Notes: generated from the sequence alone by a model not told the origin. A stretch of DNA of 64,000 nucleotides from an uncultured Verrucomicrobiae bacterium (GCA_963806855.1 CAWDYW010000003.1:32001-96000); one strand, 5' to 3'. Numbered from the stretch's first letter, positions 29,634 through 39,698 are shown. Numbers and translations: made by a program.

Positions 29634-30423
29634 TGCTATTATAAAGAGCTATCTGAAAACAGTTTATTATTTAATTCGGCGAGATTTGCGAATCTTTAAA
29701 GAAGAATTTTGGGGTAAGCTCATCGACACCTCCCTTCTTCTTTTTACGACGGTGGTGATCTTTGGTTATTGTCTTCCTGCTTACGGTCTTAAAACTGACT
29801 ACGGTCCATTTCTCCTCATTGGCGTCATTGCTGGGTTTGGATTTTTTGAAGTGATAGGAAAGGTGGGTTTAATGATCGCCGATCTGGAAGGGGATCGGAC
29901 TATTCTCTACACTCTCACACTCCCGATTCCTTCGTGGCTTGTCTTTGTTTATATCGCTGTTTCATGGGCAATTCTCTCTTCGATCATGAGCATCCTGATG
30001 TTCCCCTTGGGCAAATTGCTCCTGTTTTCGAAATTTGACCTCGCTAAAATCAACCTGTTCAAGCTCCCGCTTATTTTCATCATGACCAACCTCTTTTTCG
30101 GATTTTTCGCCCTTTGGCTCGTGGCCATTTTGAAAAAAATGAGCAATCTTTCCCATCTTTTCGTGCGCATCATCAATCCGATGTATAGCTTCGGAGGTTG
30201 GTGGTATTCCTGGGCTGCCATTTATGCGATTTCTCCTATCCTTGGATACCTGCACCTTGTCAACCCACTTCTGTACGTCATGGAAGGAATGCGAGCTGCA
30301 ACTCTGGGCCAAGAAGGGTATTTACCTTTCTGGTATAGCTTAGCCGGACTCACCTTCTTTACTATAGGGTTCGCATGGGATGCCATTCGACGACTACAAA
30401 AAAGACTTGATTGCGTTACATAA
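29620..30423 (+). CDS. ABC-2 type permease
   Basis: About 6 TM segments and NPLLYVMEGMR; overlaps the ATPase gene. Confidence 0.88.
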   Translation: MWNNNAIIKSYLKTVYYLIRRDLRIFKEEFWGKLIDTSLLLFTTVVIFGYCLPAYGLKTDYGPFLLIGVIAGFGFFEVIGKVGLMIADLEGDRTILYTLTLPIPSWLVFVYIAVSWAILSSIMSILMFPLGKLLLFSKFDLAKINLFKLPLIFIMTNLFFGFFALWLVAILKKMSNLSHLFVRIINPMYSFGGWWYSWAAIYAISPILGYLHLVNPLLYVMEGMRAATLGQEGYLPFWYSLAGLTFFTIGFAWDAIRRLQKRLDCVT

Positions 30424-30435
30424 AAAAGCTGCGAG

Positions 30436-31419
30436 ATGAAGAATATGAAGGAAGAAGATTTGATCGATATTGATCTTAAAATGTTCACCAGTGCTCAAGC
30501 AATGCTCCAAAAAAGAGGGTTAAGAACACCTCTGCTTGCCTTTGATGCGAAGACTCCACAAGGCAATTCGATTTTATTAAAAGCAGAGAATGTGCAGCCT
30601 AGCGGTTCTTTTAAGATTCGTGGTGCTATGTATTGTCTTTCTCTTTTATCGGATGAACAAAAAGCAGCCGGTGTTATCGCCTACTCAACAGGCAATCATG
30701 CTCAATCTGTCGCTTTAGCAGCTAAATTGTTGGGCATTAAAGCTACAGTTGTAATGTCGCCAGAAGCTCCTCAATTCAAAGTCGATGCTACTCGAGGATT
30801 CGGCGCTACTGTAGTAATGTCTGAGCCTTCCTCACAAGCGCGCCGGAAATTAGCAGAAGAATTAGCTAAATCACATGGACACTATTTAGTTCCTCCATAC
30901 GATCATGCTGATGTCATCATAGGACAAGGTACTATCGGCATTGAGATAATGCAGGATGTAAATCCTGGTGCTGTATTTGTGCCTATCGGTGGTGGAGGTC
31001 TGATTTCTGGAATTGCCATAGCCATTAAAAAGACTAATCCTTTAGTCAAAATTATTGGTGTGGAGCCGGAGCTTGAAAATGATACATTCCTATCTTTTAA
31101 ATCTGGAAAGCGAGAAAGCCTAAGCGGTCCAAGTAGCAGTATTGCTGATGCAATTAAAGTTCAAACACTTGGCGATATCACCTATCCTCTTATTTCCCAC
31201 TATGTGGATGATGTGGTACAGGTAAGTGAAGAGCAGATTATCGAAGCGACGCTAATGCATGCAGAGAAAGCACATTTAATTGTAGAACCATCGGGGGCTC
31301 TTGCTCTAGCTGCTGCTTTGGTTTATAAAGGTACATTAAAGCAGGATGCTCCTATCATTTGTATTGCAAGCGGTGGCAACATCCTTCTTTCCTCACTTTG
31401 CCGCTTTAAAAAATTGTAG
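30436..31419 (+). CDS. PLP-dependent threonine/serine dehydratase-family enzyme (no regulatory domain)
   Basis: KAENVQPSGSFKIRGA, STGNHAQ, PIGGGGL, VEPSGA and SGGN. Confidence 0.92.
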   Translation: MKNMKEEDLIDIDLKMFTSAQAMLQKRGLRTPLLAFDAKTPQGNSILLKAENVQPSGSFKIRGAMYCLSLLSDEQKAAGVIAYSTGNHAQSVALAAKLLGIKATVVMSPEAPQFKVDATRGFGATVVMSEPSSQARRKLAEELAKSHGHYLVPPYDHADVIIGQGTIGIEIMQDVNPGAVFVPIGGGGLISGIAIAIKKTNPLVKIIGVEPELENDTFLSFKSGKRESLSGPSSSIADAIKVQTLGDITYPLISHYVDDVVQVSEEQIIEATLMHAEKAHLIVEPSGALALAAALVYKGTLKQDAPIICIASGGNILLSSLCRFKKL

Positions 31420-31463
31420 TGATTCGCATTATCGGCTTTTGGCATCGTCGGCTTGGCGTCCAA

Positions 31464-31689
31464 ATAGGCTGCAAATGAGGAGTTAGGCCCTAGAGTCTGG
31501 GCCTAAGCTAAGTCCTTCAATGTGATCCGTAAAGTTTCTCATCAATTCAAAAAATCTCATCTTCATGCTTTGGTCCCTTGCTTTGGGATTCACAATCAGC
31601 TTAAATACATAGGACATGCGCCAGGTTTTGACATCGGAAGGGATTTTTGATTCCTCGATGCTGTGAAGGATATCTCCCTCGGAAAAACA
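31464..31689 (-). pseudogene. 3' fragment (A') of a second copy of the 2OG-Fe(II) oxygenase gene
   Basis: Aligns with 39680-39906, including the stop codon and downstream flank. Confidence 0.88.
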
Positions 31690-31691
31690 GC

Positions 31692-31750
31692 TGAACCGCG
31701 AGAGCTTTCGCGTGGGTCCAAATTCACACTTTTGGGCGAGTCGGGGTATA
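31692..31750. repeat. Family F3 palindromic element, right-arm copy (segment D)
   Basis: TGAACCGCGAGAGCTTTCGCGTGGGTCCAAATTCACACTTTTGGGCGAGTCGGGGTATA. Confidence 0.75.
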
Positions 31751-31787
31751 TTTCGAATGAAGGTCTTCTGTAAAACAACGAGGCCTG

Positions 31788-33818
31788 CTAGTTGAGGGTG
31801 TTAATAATTGCATTTAATTGCGCGGATGAGACGACGGCGCCAAAAAATTCGACATATTGGTTTGCCGGCTGATCATTGCGTGAGTCGTACCAGGTTATAA
31901 GTAGATCTCCTGTGCCTGGATCGAGAGTCATGCTTGCCTGAAATGAGTTTCCAAGAGGATTGTCTTTGATAAAATAGGGAGCAGACCAAGTCACGCCAGC
32001 ATCTTTAGAGACTAATAGATAAGCAGAGAAATTTTGAGAATAAATGGGATTTGTATCATTCACAAGAGCGTAGAGAACTTTTTTATTATTATCATACGCT
32101 AAACCTCTCACAGCTGCACCTGGATTGGAGCCCCTTATATTTTTAGCATTGGAGCTCCCATACCACGTTCCAATGCCTGGGTTCGCTTCAATTGCAAAAT
32201 CAATATTGGTTTGGGCCAGAAAATAGGGGCCATTTAGAGCCCCAGACGCGATTCCATTAATCCCTCCAGGTATGGTAAAAAGATAAAAGGAGCGATATGT
32301 GCTTAGATTATTTTGAGTTTCGCCTTCATAATTAATGAAAATATGCCCATCGTCTGAAACAATAGGGGTTGCCCCAACACAAAAATCTTTCAACACTGCG
32401 GGAGTTAAACCCAAAGATATTGTTGTGAACTGAGGGGTTCCAATACTACCATTACCTGTAACGGGAAAATATCCAATGCACGGTGTCAAAGTACCGGCGA
32501 TTTTATCAATCAAATCACAAACAAAGTATAAAGCTGAGCCGCCGTTGCCATCTCCCCCAAAAGCCAGTTGATTGAAATCAAAATAGGACTCTGAGAGTGC
32601 ATTAAAGGGGGGGAGTGTCGGATTAAACTGGCCGGCAATGCTATAGGTTTGCCCCCCATTAGAACTTACAAGTATCGTAAGCAGCCAGGGTGGATTAGGG
32701 TTTCCTTCTGCGTGAACTGATAAATTAGTGATCCAATGATTTCCAAATTTATCAAAAAGGCCATTATTATCGCCTGCTATATTAGTAGGAATTCCCATCC
32801 CAGCTGCAGGACCATCAATCCTGCCAGCGATAGGCCAAGTTTTCCCTCCATCATTTGAAACTGCTCTCCATAATTGGTAGGCAAATACAAGCGCTTGATT
32901 GCTATCCACGAGCGCATTTACTACTATGTTATTGGGATTAGTGGGGTTAATTGCAATCCCTCCTTGAGTAATGCTATGTCCTGATGGAGGGGAAATTGCG
33001 ACAACAGGATCTTGCAGCTGAACTATTGGTTGACCATTTTGATAGGAAATCGTTCCCATTCGGGTTAAACCATTTGCATTAAATGGGTATTGAGTTGCTG
33101 CAGAATTGTCAATCCAATAAGATCCAAAAAACCCATTATTAATATCGCCAAAATAGGTATCACCATATTGAGCCAGCAAAACTCCAAATGGCACATAGAT
33201 TTGTTGGGTGTGACCTTCACTGATGGGGAAGTTTGCAGGGGGATTAAAAGGAGTTGTGACAAGCGGGTAAGAAATCTGGACCGGGTTTGTAATAAAAGGG
33301 CCAGATTGTTGTATTGGATAATACCCCGGACCATTAAATCCTGAGGTTCCCCCGGGGAAGATTCCAGAGGTCGGTGGAGCTGCAAATCTAATATTTCCCT
33401 CTTGAGTGATCACCACAATCATACCAGGACCAGGCGCGGAAGGGGTTGATGTTACTGTTGCTTGTACCCCAATGGCCAATGGTGGTTTATACGGGTTAGG
33501 TATGAATCCCGATTTAGTATAAACGAAACCTCCACCAGGAAAATTAACTGGAAAAAGGGGAGGGTTACCATCCACTTGCGGAGGGATTATGATGCTATGT
33601 GCTGACGGTAAGGAAAACCCCAAGGAAGGGATTGTGATGGTAACTAAGTTATTATTAACGTCGATATTAACTGTTGAGGCAAAATGTGTATTTTGTGGAA
33701 TTTGGGCATAATCCTGAATGTCAAAAATAACGGGCTGCGTTATGTGTAGAGCAAAGCCTTCATTAAATAAAATGGATAGGAAAAATATGAATGTGAAAAA
33801 CTTTGTTTTGATTGACAT
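31788..33818 (-). CDS. Secreted Asp-box (BNR) beta-propeller / sialidase-like protein
   Basis: Signal peptide; Asp-box motifs SNDGGKTW, SSNGGQTY and SKDAGVTW. Confidence 0.8.
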   Translation of the reverse strand: MSIKTKFFTFIFFLSILFNEGFALHITQPVIFDIQDYAQIPQNTHFASTVNIDVNNNLVTITIPSLGFSLPSAHSIIIPPQVDGNPPLFPVNFPGGGFVYTKSGFIPNPYKPPLAIGVQATVTSTPSAPGPGMIVVITQEGNIRFAAPPTSGIFPGGTSGFNGPGYYPIQQSGPFITNPVQISYPLVTTPFNPPANFPISEGHTQQIYVPFGVLLAQYGDTYFGDINNGFFGSYWIDNSAATQYPFNANGLTRMGTISYQNGQPIVQLQDPVVAISPPSGHSITQGGIAINPTNPNNIVVNALVDSNQALVFAYQLWRAVSNDGGKTWPIAGRIDGPAAGMGIPTNIAGDNNGLFDKFGNHWITNLSVHAEGNPNPPWLLTILVSSNGGQTYSIAGQFNPTLPPFNALSESYFDFNQLAFGGDGNGGSALYFVCDLIDKIAGTLTPCIGYFPVTGNGSIGTPQFTTISLGLTPAVLKDFCVGATPIVSDDGHIFINYEGETQNNLSTYRSFYLFTIPGGINGIASGALNGPYFLAQTNIDFAIEANPGIGTWYGSSNAKNIRGSNPGAAVRGLAYDNNKKVLYALVNDTNPIYSQNFSAYLLVSKDAGVTWSAPYFIKDNPLGNSFQASMTLDPGTGDLLITWYDSRNDQPANQYVEFFGAVVSSAQLNAIINTLN

Positions 33819-33926
33819 GGATTCTCTCCCTCTAAAGAACTTCTTATCTTGCACGATTTTTCCAATTTTGTAAAAAAAACGTTTTCTTTTTCTCTTCCCT
33901 CCATATCTTTAGGAAAGAGGCGCCAT

Positions 33927-36900
33927 ATGCTTATAGATTCCCGTTCCATTTTTTGTTCTAGCCTCATTTTCTCTTTGCTCAGTGCTTCCGGATTTGCCCT
34001 TACCACTTATGTAGTAAGCGATCCGGGTGATTCTGCTCCCAATGCCGGTGGCGCGCCGGGCGATTTGCGGTATGCTCTAAATCAAATGTATGCTCAAACA
34101 TTGCCAGGTCCATATCAAGTGGAGTTTAGGGTTTCTAAAGTTTCATTACAGGCTACTCTTCCAATGGTTGTTAATCCAGCGACCTTTGTAGGAAACGGTG
34201 TGACAATCGATGGGGGTATTCTATACCGTGGTTTTTTTATCAATGGTACTTTTGATGCGAATCCGATCATTTTGCAAAATATGACCTTTCAAAACTGTAT
34301 AGCGCAGGGAGCTGCCGGCGGGAATGGTAATGATGGCGGTGGTGGTGGTGGCGGTGCCTTAGGTGCAGGCGGAGCCATTTTTGTCGCAAGAGCCAATGTC
34401 CTTCTAGAAAATGTGAATCTAGGAGTTCCTGGTGCTGGAAATTCTGCCAAAGGGGGTTCTGGTGGTGCAGCCAATGGAAACTCAACGGCAGGGTTTGGCG
34501 GTGGTGGTGGCGGTGGCGGTTTAGGGGGAAATGGAGGAAATGGGGGTAGAGGTGGTACTGCTGGAGGTATGGGAGGAGGAGGCGGCGGCGGGGGATACAG
34601 CGGCAATGGGGGAGTTGGTGGATCAGCAACTACCTCGGAAATGTGTGGCGGAGGCGGTGGCGGCGGTTCAGCCGATGGAGGAGCGGGGGAGAGCGTTAAT
34701 TTAGGCGGAGGGGGCGGAGGCGGCGGCCCGATTCTAGGAGCGGTAGGCGGAACTGCTGGTGGCAATGGAAGCGCAGTACTCGGATTTGGGGGCGGGGGCG
34801 CTGGGGCTAACTCCACGATGCTAGGAGGGGGAGATGGAGGAGGTCCAGGTGGAGGGGCAGGAAATCCGAGTCTGGGCGGAGGCGGTGGTGGAGGCGGACC
34901 GTTTGGGACCTCTCCAAATGCAGCATTTCAAGGCGGAGCCTCAAATTATGGTGGTACTTCCGGCTCTCCTAGCGGTTTGGGCGGAGGTGCTGGTGGAGGC
35001 GGTGGACAATCGTCGGGGCAATCTGGATTTGGAGGATGGGCCTATAGTCTTAGTTCCTGTGGCGGGGGTGGAAGTGCAGGAGGTGGATCGGCGGCAGGAA
35101 CGATGTGTCCAACTTTGCCGGCTTATGGAGCAGCAGGAGGAAATTCTACAACGGGCGGCGGCGGCGGTAGCGGGGGTGGATCGAGTTTTGCAGGTAGCTG
35201 CGTTGCAGCATATGGGGGTGGCGGCGGAAGTGGTGGAAATTCGGGAACGGTTTTTGCTGCCCCACCATGCATGCCTCCCATACCAATTGCGGGCTCAGGG
35301 GGATTTGGAGGAGGAGGAGGAGGGGCTGGAGCTAATGGGATTATAGATATAGCCGGAGGGGGCGATGGAGGAATTGGAGGAGCTGGCGGCGGTGGCGGAG
35401 CTAACATGGGGACTGGAGGGTTAGGCGGTTTTTTCGCTGGAAATGGGGGTGCTGGTACCGCCACCACTGGGGGCCCCGGCGGAGGGGGAAATGGTTTTGG
35501 CGGGGGGCTTTATTTTGCTAGCGGATCCATCCAATTTATTGGAACGTGCGTAACTAATTCAAATAGTACAGCCTCTGGTGCTGCGGGCGGTTTTGGTGCC
35601 ACTGGAGGAATTCCGGCAGGAGATGATGTCTTTCTTCCCTACTTTGGAAATATTGTATTTGACCCAACTGATCCCGCCGATGCGATCACGATTTCGGGTT
35701 CGATGGTCGATCAAGAGTCTCTGATTCCTATTGGCGGTGGCGCTCAAGTTACTGTCCAAGGAAGTGGAAATGTGAAGTTTTTAGGTAATAATCAGTATAG
35801 AGGACTCACTACGGTTACTTCAGGAACGCTTACCATAGATGGATCGATTTCAAATGATCTTCTTGTTCTACTTGGGGGAACGACGAAAGGCATGGGTACT
35901 GTTTTTGGTCATGGGGAAATCATGGGTAGGGTCATCCCAGAAACTTCCATCAGCACTTATACTTTTGGATCCCTTACTCTAGATCCCTCAAGCCTGACTG
36001 GTATTGAAATTTCTCCTTCTCAGGCATCTTTGTTGAACGTCATTAACAATGCATCTGTGGCGGGAACATTAAACGTAATTCAAGATCCTCCCCTATCGAA
36101 TTATCCTCCCTCAAATGATTATGTCATCATCCATGCTGGAGGCATCATAACAGGGAATTATAGCTCGATCACAGGGGGAGCTCAGGGATTCCACTTCAGC
36201 ACATTCTTGGCTGATCCACAGACATTGATCTTGCATTATGGGAATATTTCCACCGAGGGCCTCTCTGGCAATGCATTGACTTTGGCAAACTATCTAAACA
36301 GCAATGCTCCTACCTTTTCTCCGGCATTTAATTCACTCGAGTCACTTACTGGCCAAGCCCTAAAAAAAGCTATAAATAGTGTTTCTCCTGTTCGGGATTC
36401 GCTTGGCACATTTGCGACACAGAATACGGTCTTTTCATTTAATGAATTGATCAAATCACGACTCAGCGATAGACGCGACATGCGCTGCCTTATTTTTGTA
36501 AATCCTGAAGAGAAAAATTCTTGTTGTTGCTGTGAGCCTGAATGGGACATTTCTGGTTGGCTAGGAGCTCTAGTAGAATATTCTCATCAAAATGCACAAG
36601 ATCAAACCCCTGCTTTTAGTTTTACTTCGGAGGGCGTGTTAGCTGCACTCGACTATTCCGGAGATGGAGGGGTTGTGGGGGGCGGTTTTGGATATGGTTC
36701 TACGCAGATCGACCATGCAGGCAGAGCGCATATCAACCAGTATTATGGGACTTTCTATGGAATGGTCGCTTTTGATTATTTTTATGCAGATTTTGCCCTT
36801 TGGGGAGGCTATCATCAGATTAACAATAAACGGCACATTTCTTTCCCCGGTTTTGATGCCACGGCGAAGGCTAATATCCACGGGTGGCAGTTCTCTCCTC

Positions 36901-37370
36901 ACCTAGAACTTGGATTCTCAAAACCGATGAATTGGGGAGGTTATGAACCCTTCGTCGGTTTAGATTGGGTCAATAACTGGGAAAATGGTTTCAAAGAAAA
37001 AGGTGCTGACGGGCTGAATATGAAAATAACAAGTAGATATTCTTCCCTCCTTCGCAGCGAGATTGGTGCACGGATTTATGAAACCTTTTGTTTCAATTGG
37101 TGTTGGCTCGTCCTTAAGGAAAAGTTGAGCTATGTCAATAAAACGACTTTTGGAACTGGAAAAGTGACAGCCTCTCTCATTGGAGGGTTCCCTGGCTCAT
37201 TTACCGTTAACACTTTTGATGAGACCCAAAATTTAGCCTCTATCGGATTTGAGATATTGCTAGATCCAACCGATGATTGGTATCCTTATTTCAGCCTAGA
37301 GTATGCGGGGGAATACGGAAGCGGTTTCCAGTCGCACGAAGGAATTCTGAAGATCGTCAAACAATTCTAG
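33927..37370 (+). CDS. Glycine-rich autotransporter (type Va)
   Basis: Signal peptide, GGAIF motif, several hundred residues of Gly-rich passenger, PATR-like GSGNVKFLGNNQYRGLTTVTSGTL, and a C-terminal barrel ending in F. Confidence 0.9.
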   Translation: MLIDSRSIFCSSLIFSLLSASGFALTTYVVSDPGDSAPNAGGAPGDLRYALNQMYAQTLPGPYQVEFRVSKVSLQATLPMVVNPATFVGNGVTIDGGILYRGFFINGTFDANPIILQNMTFQNCIAQGAAGGNGNDGGGGGGGALGAGGAIFVARANVLLENVNLGVPGAGNSAKGGSGGAANGNSTAGFGGGGGGGGLGGNGGNGGRGGTAGGMGGGGGGGGYSGNGGVGGSATTSEMCGGGGGGGSADGGAGESVNLGGGGGGGGPILGAVGGTAGGNGSAVLGFGGGGAGANSTMLGGGDGGGPGGGAGNPSLGGGGGGGGPFGTSPNAAFQGGASNYGGTSGSPSGLGGGAGGGGGQSSGQSGFGGWAYSLSSCGGGGSAGGGSAAGTMCPTLPAYGAAGGNSTTGGGGGSGGGSSFAGSCVAAYGGGGGSGGNSGTVFAAPPCMPPIPIAGSGGFGGGGGGAGANGIIDIAGGGDGGIGGAGGGGGANMGTGGLGGFFAGNGGAGTATTGGPGGGGNGFGGGLYFASGSIQFIGTCVTNSNSTASGAAGGFGATGGIPAGDDVFLPYFGNIVFDPTDPADAITISGSMVDQESLIPIGGGAQVTVQGSGNVKFLGNNQYRGLTTVTSGTLTIDGSISNDLLVLLGGTTKGMGTVFGHGEIMGRVIPETSISTYTFGSLTLDPSSLTGIEISPSQASLLNVINNASVAGTLNVIQDPPLSNYPPSNDYVIIHAGGIITGNYSSITGGAQGFHFSTFLADPQTLILHYGNISTEGLSGNALTLANYLNSNAPTFSPAFNSLESLTGQALKKAINSVSPVRDSLGTFATQNTVFSFNELIKSRLSDRRDMRCLIFVNPEEKNSCCCCEPEWDISGWLGALVEYSHQNAQDQTPAFSFTSEGVLAALDYSGDGGVVGGGFGYGSTQIDHAGRAHINQYYGTFYGMVAFDYFYADFALWGGYHQINNKRHISFPGFDATAKANIHGWQFSPHLELGFSKPMNWGGYEPFVGLDWVNNWENGFKEKGADGLNMKITSRYSSLLRSEIGARIYETFCFNWCWLVLKEKLSYVNKTTFGTGKVTASLIGGFPGSFTVNTFDETQNLASIGFEILLDPTDDWYPYFSLEYAGEYGSGFQSHEGILKIVKQF

Positions 37371-37390
37371 GGCGTGTCGGCAAATTCCGA

Positions 37391-37616
37391 GGCAGTTAGC
37401 CGGAAATTCCGGCTAACTGAATTTTTCTTCTAACTCATTCTCATTAAATATGTTATGTATATGTTCAGAAATGGTTCGTCGGTCTTTACAGAACAACTCG
37501 CTCATTTGAGCTTTGGTTAACCAAACGGTCTCGTCGATTAGCCGTACCTCAACTCGAGTAGAGCCATCTTCCGTTTGATAAAGGATCAAAGAACTGTCTT
37601 GAAACACTTCACTCAT
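37391..37616 (-). pseudogene. N-terminal fragment of the RhuM-family gene
   Basis: ILYQTEDGSTRVEVRLIDETVWLTKAQMSELF; the last 88 bp duplicate 28589-28675. Confidence 0.85.
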
Positions 37617-37696
37617 AATTTCCTTAGTTATTAGTTAAAGGATCAATACCCCGCGCCGCTAGAAATTTGGAATTTGGGCTGCTTTATCCATCGCAA

Positions 37697-39598
37697 TTAC
37701 GCCCATGTACGCAAACCGATAATACCCCAATATGCAAGATAGGCTGTGGCTATCACCAAAGCTGTGCTAACACCGATCGAATAGACGCGAACAATACGAC
37801 GGACCCCCTGTTTAGGCGCGCGCCACAAAACTATGGCGCTGGCAGCTGAAGCGACAGCAAAAAGGATAGTTGCTAAAAACAGAGAAAAGGACCAAGCAGT
37901 CAGATTCCCCATATGCGAAATGATGGCATCGCTGGACAGCGCGCATATGACAACAATGCTAACCAAGCTTAGCACCGCAATCAAAGGCAAAAGCTTCATG
38001 TTGCGCTCCGCAGGACGGCGCCGTTTCTTGATCAGGCCACCAAAAATCCAGAACGGCGCATAAACTAAAATTGAAACGATAGAGAGTAAAACAAACCCGG
38101 TGAGGAAAATTTCAGCGATCGCGAGCCACGTGGGGATCCGTTTCATCGTTGTCCACCGCTGGCCAGTCTGAATAAATGTGCCTTTGGCATGTGGGTGAAG
38201 CAACTCAACTGTTGGGATCGGTTCGGGAGGCTCTTTCGCGGGAATAGAACGGAACTGAGCGGCAATAACTGGAATGAATGTGGCATTTTTTGCACCAAGA
38301 GAGGTCATGAAAAGATTGGCTTCTTTGAAATGGATGTAAGTCATGCCAATCAGCCGTTCAAGAAAGTAGGTTAACTCGAGCCACGGCGAGTCTGGCTCAT
38401 ACCACCCGGTGTACTCCATAGCATTTTGAGGCAGGGCTGATGCCGGAGGAATGGGTGGTTTCTGCAGATCGCGAGTGATGTAAGCACGGATCATCGTGCC
38501 GATTTTATTAAAGGCTTCTCCATTGGCGGAGTTGATGCTGTAGAAATAACCCGCACCTTTGTCAGGCATGTACCCCATGTCGGTAAGACCCCCATCTATG
38601 CCGCCATTATGTCCATGATATACAAAACCTTCGTAAACGGTCCAATAGTTGCTCAACCCATATCCGACTTTCAATCCTTCTTTTGCTGCCCAAGTGCTAG
38701 TTGGGATCTCCATGCGATCGATGGCAGCAGCGGGCAAGATTTGCTTGCTGTTTACCTTTCCGCGATTGAGATAAAAAAGGAGATAATTCGCCATGTCAGT
38801 TGCGGAGGCATTGATGGAACCGGACGGACGATAGATAATGTTCGAATAAGGATAGGGTGTTATCCCATCAATCTGATAAGTAATGCTGAATCCCTGAGTC
38901 GGTTTAAAATAAGTAGCGGTCTGCATGCCAATAGGGATAAAGAAGTTCTCTTTTACATAATCTTCAAACCTCTTTCCGGTCACCTTCTCAACGATATAGG
39001 CCGCAACAGCTGGGCCAGAATTGCAATAAGCCATGCGCGTGCCAGGTTGCCAACGGGAGGTGCGCGAATGGTGGTCGTAATCAAATGCTTCGAGCAAAGT
39101 GATGGTTGGGTCATCCTTAGCGTAGTCGCGCAAGGATATGTCATCCCAGCCTGTGGTATGCTCCAGAAGGTGGACAATGTGCACCGGATCGCTCGCTTCC
39201 CAGCGGTTCTCAAACCATACCTCAGGGACCAGCTCGTGTACGGGGTCTTGCAGGGAGAGTTTGCCTTGGTCGACTAGCTTAAGGACAGAGAGTGAGGCGA
39301 ATCCTTTGGATACTGACCCAATACGGAATAGCGTGTCTGCTGTTGCGGCCCGACCGCTGGCTACATCAGCCTTGCCAAGACCGGCAACCCACTCCTGACC
39401 ATCTCGATGCACAATCGCAACCGACATGCCTGGTATATGCCCATCCTCGAGCACCTTTTCGAGCTGCTGTTTTAACTCTTCAATGGACTTAGCAGGCTTC
39501 TTATCCTCTTTTGTATTTTTAGAGGAACAGGCGGTGCCAAGCAGACAGAAAAGAAGTATAGAAATAAAAAATTTTACAATTTGAATTCTTCCTTTCAT
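37697..39598 (-). CDS. Beta-lactamase class C-like serine hydrolase with lipobox and C-terminal TM helices
   Basis: LLGTAC lipobox, FRIGSVSK (SxxK), YCN and GHNG motifs; four hydrophobic C-terminal segments. Confidence 0.88.
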   Translation of the reverse strand: MKGRIQIVKFFISILLFCLLGTACSSKNTKEDKKPAKSIEELKQQLEKVLEDGHIPGMSVAIVHRDGQEWVAGLGKADVASGRAATADTLFRIGSVSKGFASLSVLKLVDQGKLSLQDPVHELVPEVWFENRWEASDPVHIVHLLEHTTGWDDISLRDYAKDDPTITLLEAFDYDHHSRTSRWQPGTRMAYCNSGPAVAAYIVEKVTGKRFEDYVKENFFIPIGMQTATYFKPTQGFSITYQIDGITPYPYSNIIYRPSGSINASATDMANYLLFYLNRGKVNSKQILPAAAIDRMEIPTSTWAAKEGLKVGYGLSNYWTVYEGFVYHGHNGGIDGGLTDMGYMPDKGAGYFYSINSANGEAFNKIGTMIRAYITRDLQKPPIPPASALPQNAMEYTGWYEPDSPWLELTYFLERLIGMTYIHFKEANLFMTSLGAKNATFIPVIAAQFRSIPAKEPPEPIPTVELLHPHAKGTFIQTGQRWTTMKRIPTWLAIAEIFLTGFVLLSIVSILVYAPFWIFGGLIKKRRRPAERNMKLLPLIAVLSLVSIVVICALSSDAIISHMGNLTAWSFSLFLATILFAVASAASAIVLWRAPKQGVRRIVRVYSIGVSTALVIATAYLAYWGIIGLRTWA

Positions 39599-39698
39599 AA
39601 GTACCTGTAAAAAATCTAATCGAATGCATTCAGCATAACATGAGATAATTAGACAAAGCAAACATCTTCACTCGTTTTTATAGGCTGCAAAGGAGGGG

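Noticed and set aside
34267..35467. Pro-rich and His-rich ORFs on the - strand
   Set aside because: Antisense shadows of the Gly codons in the autotransporter.
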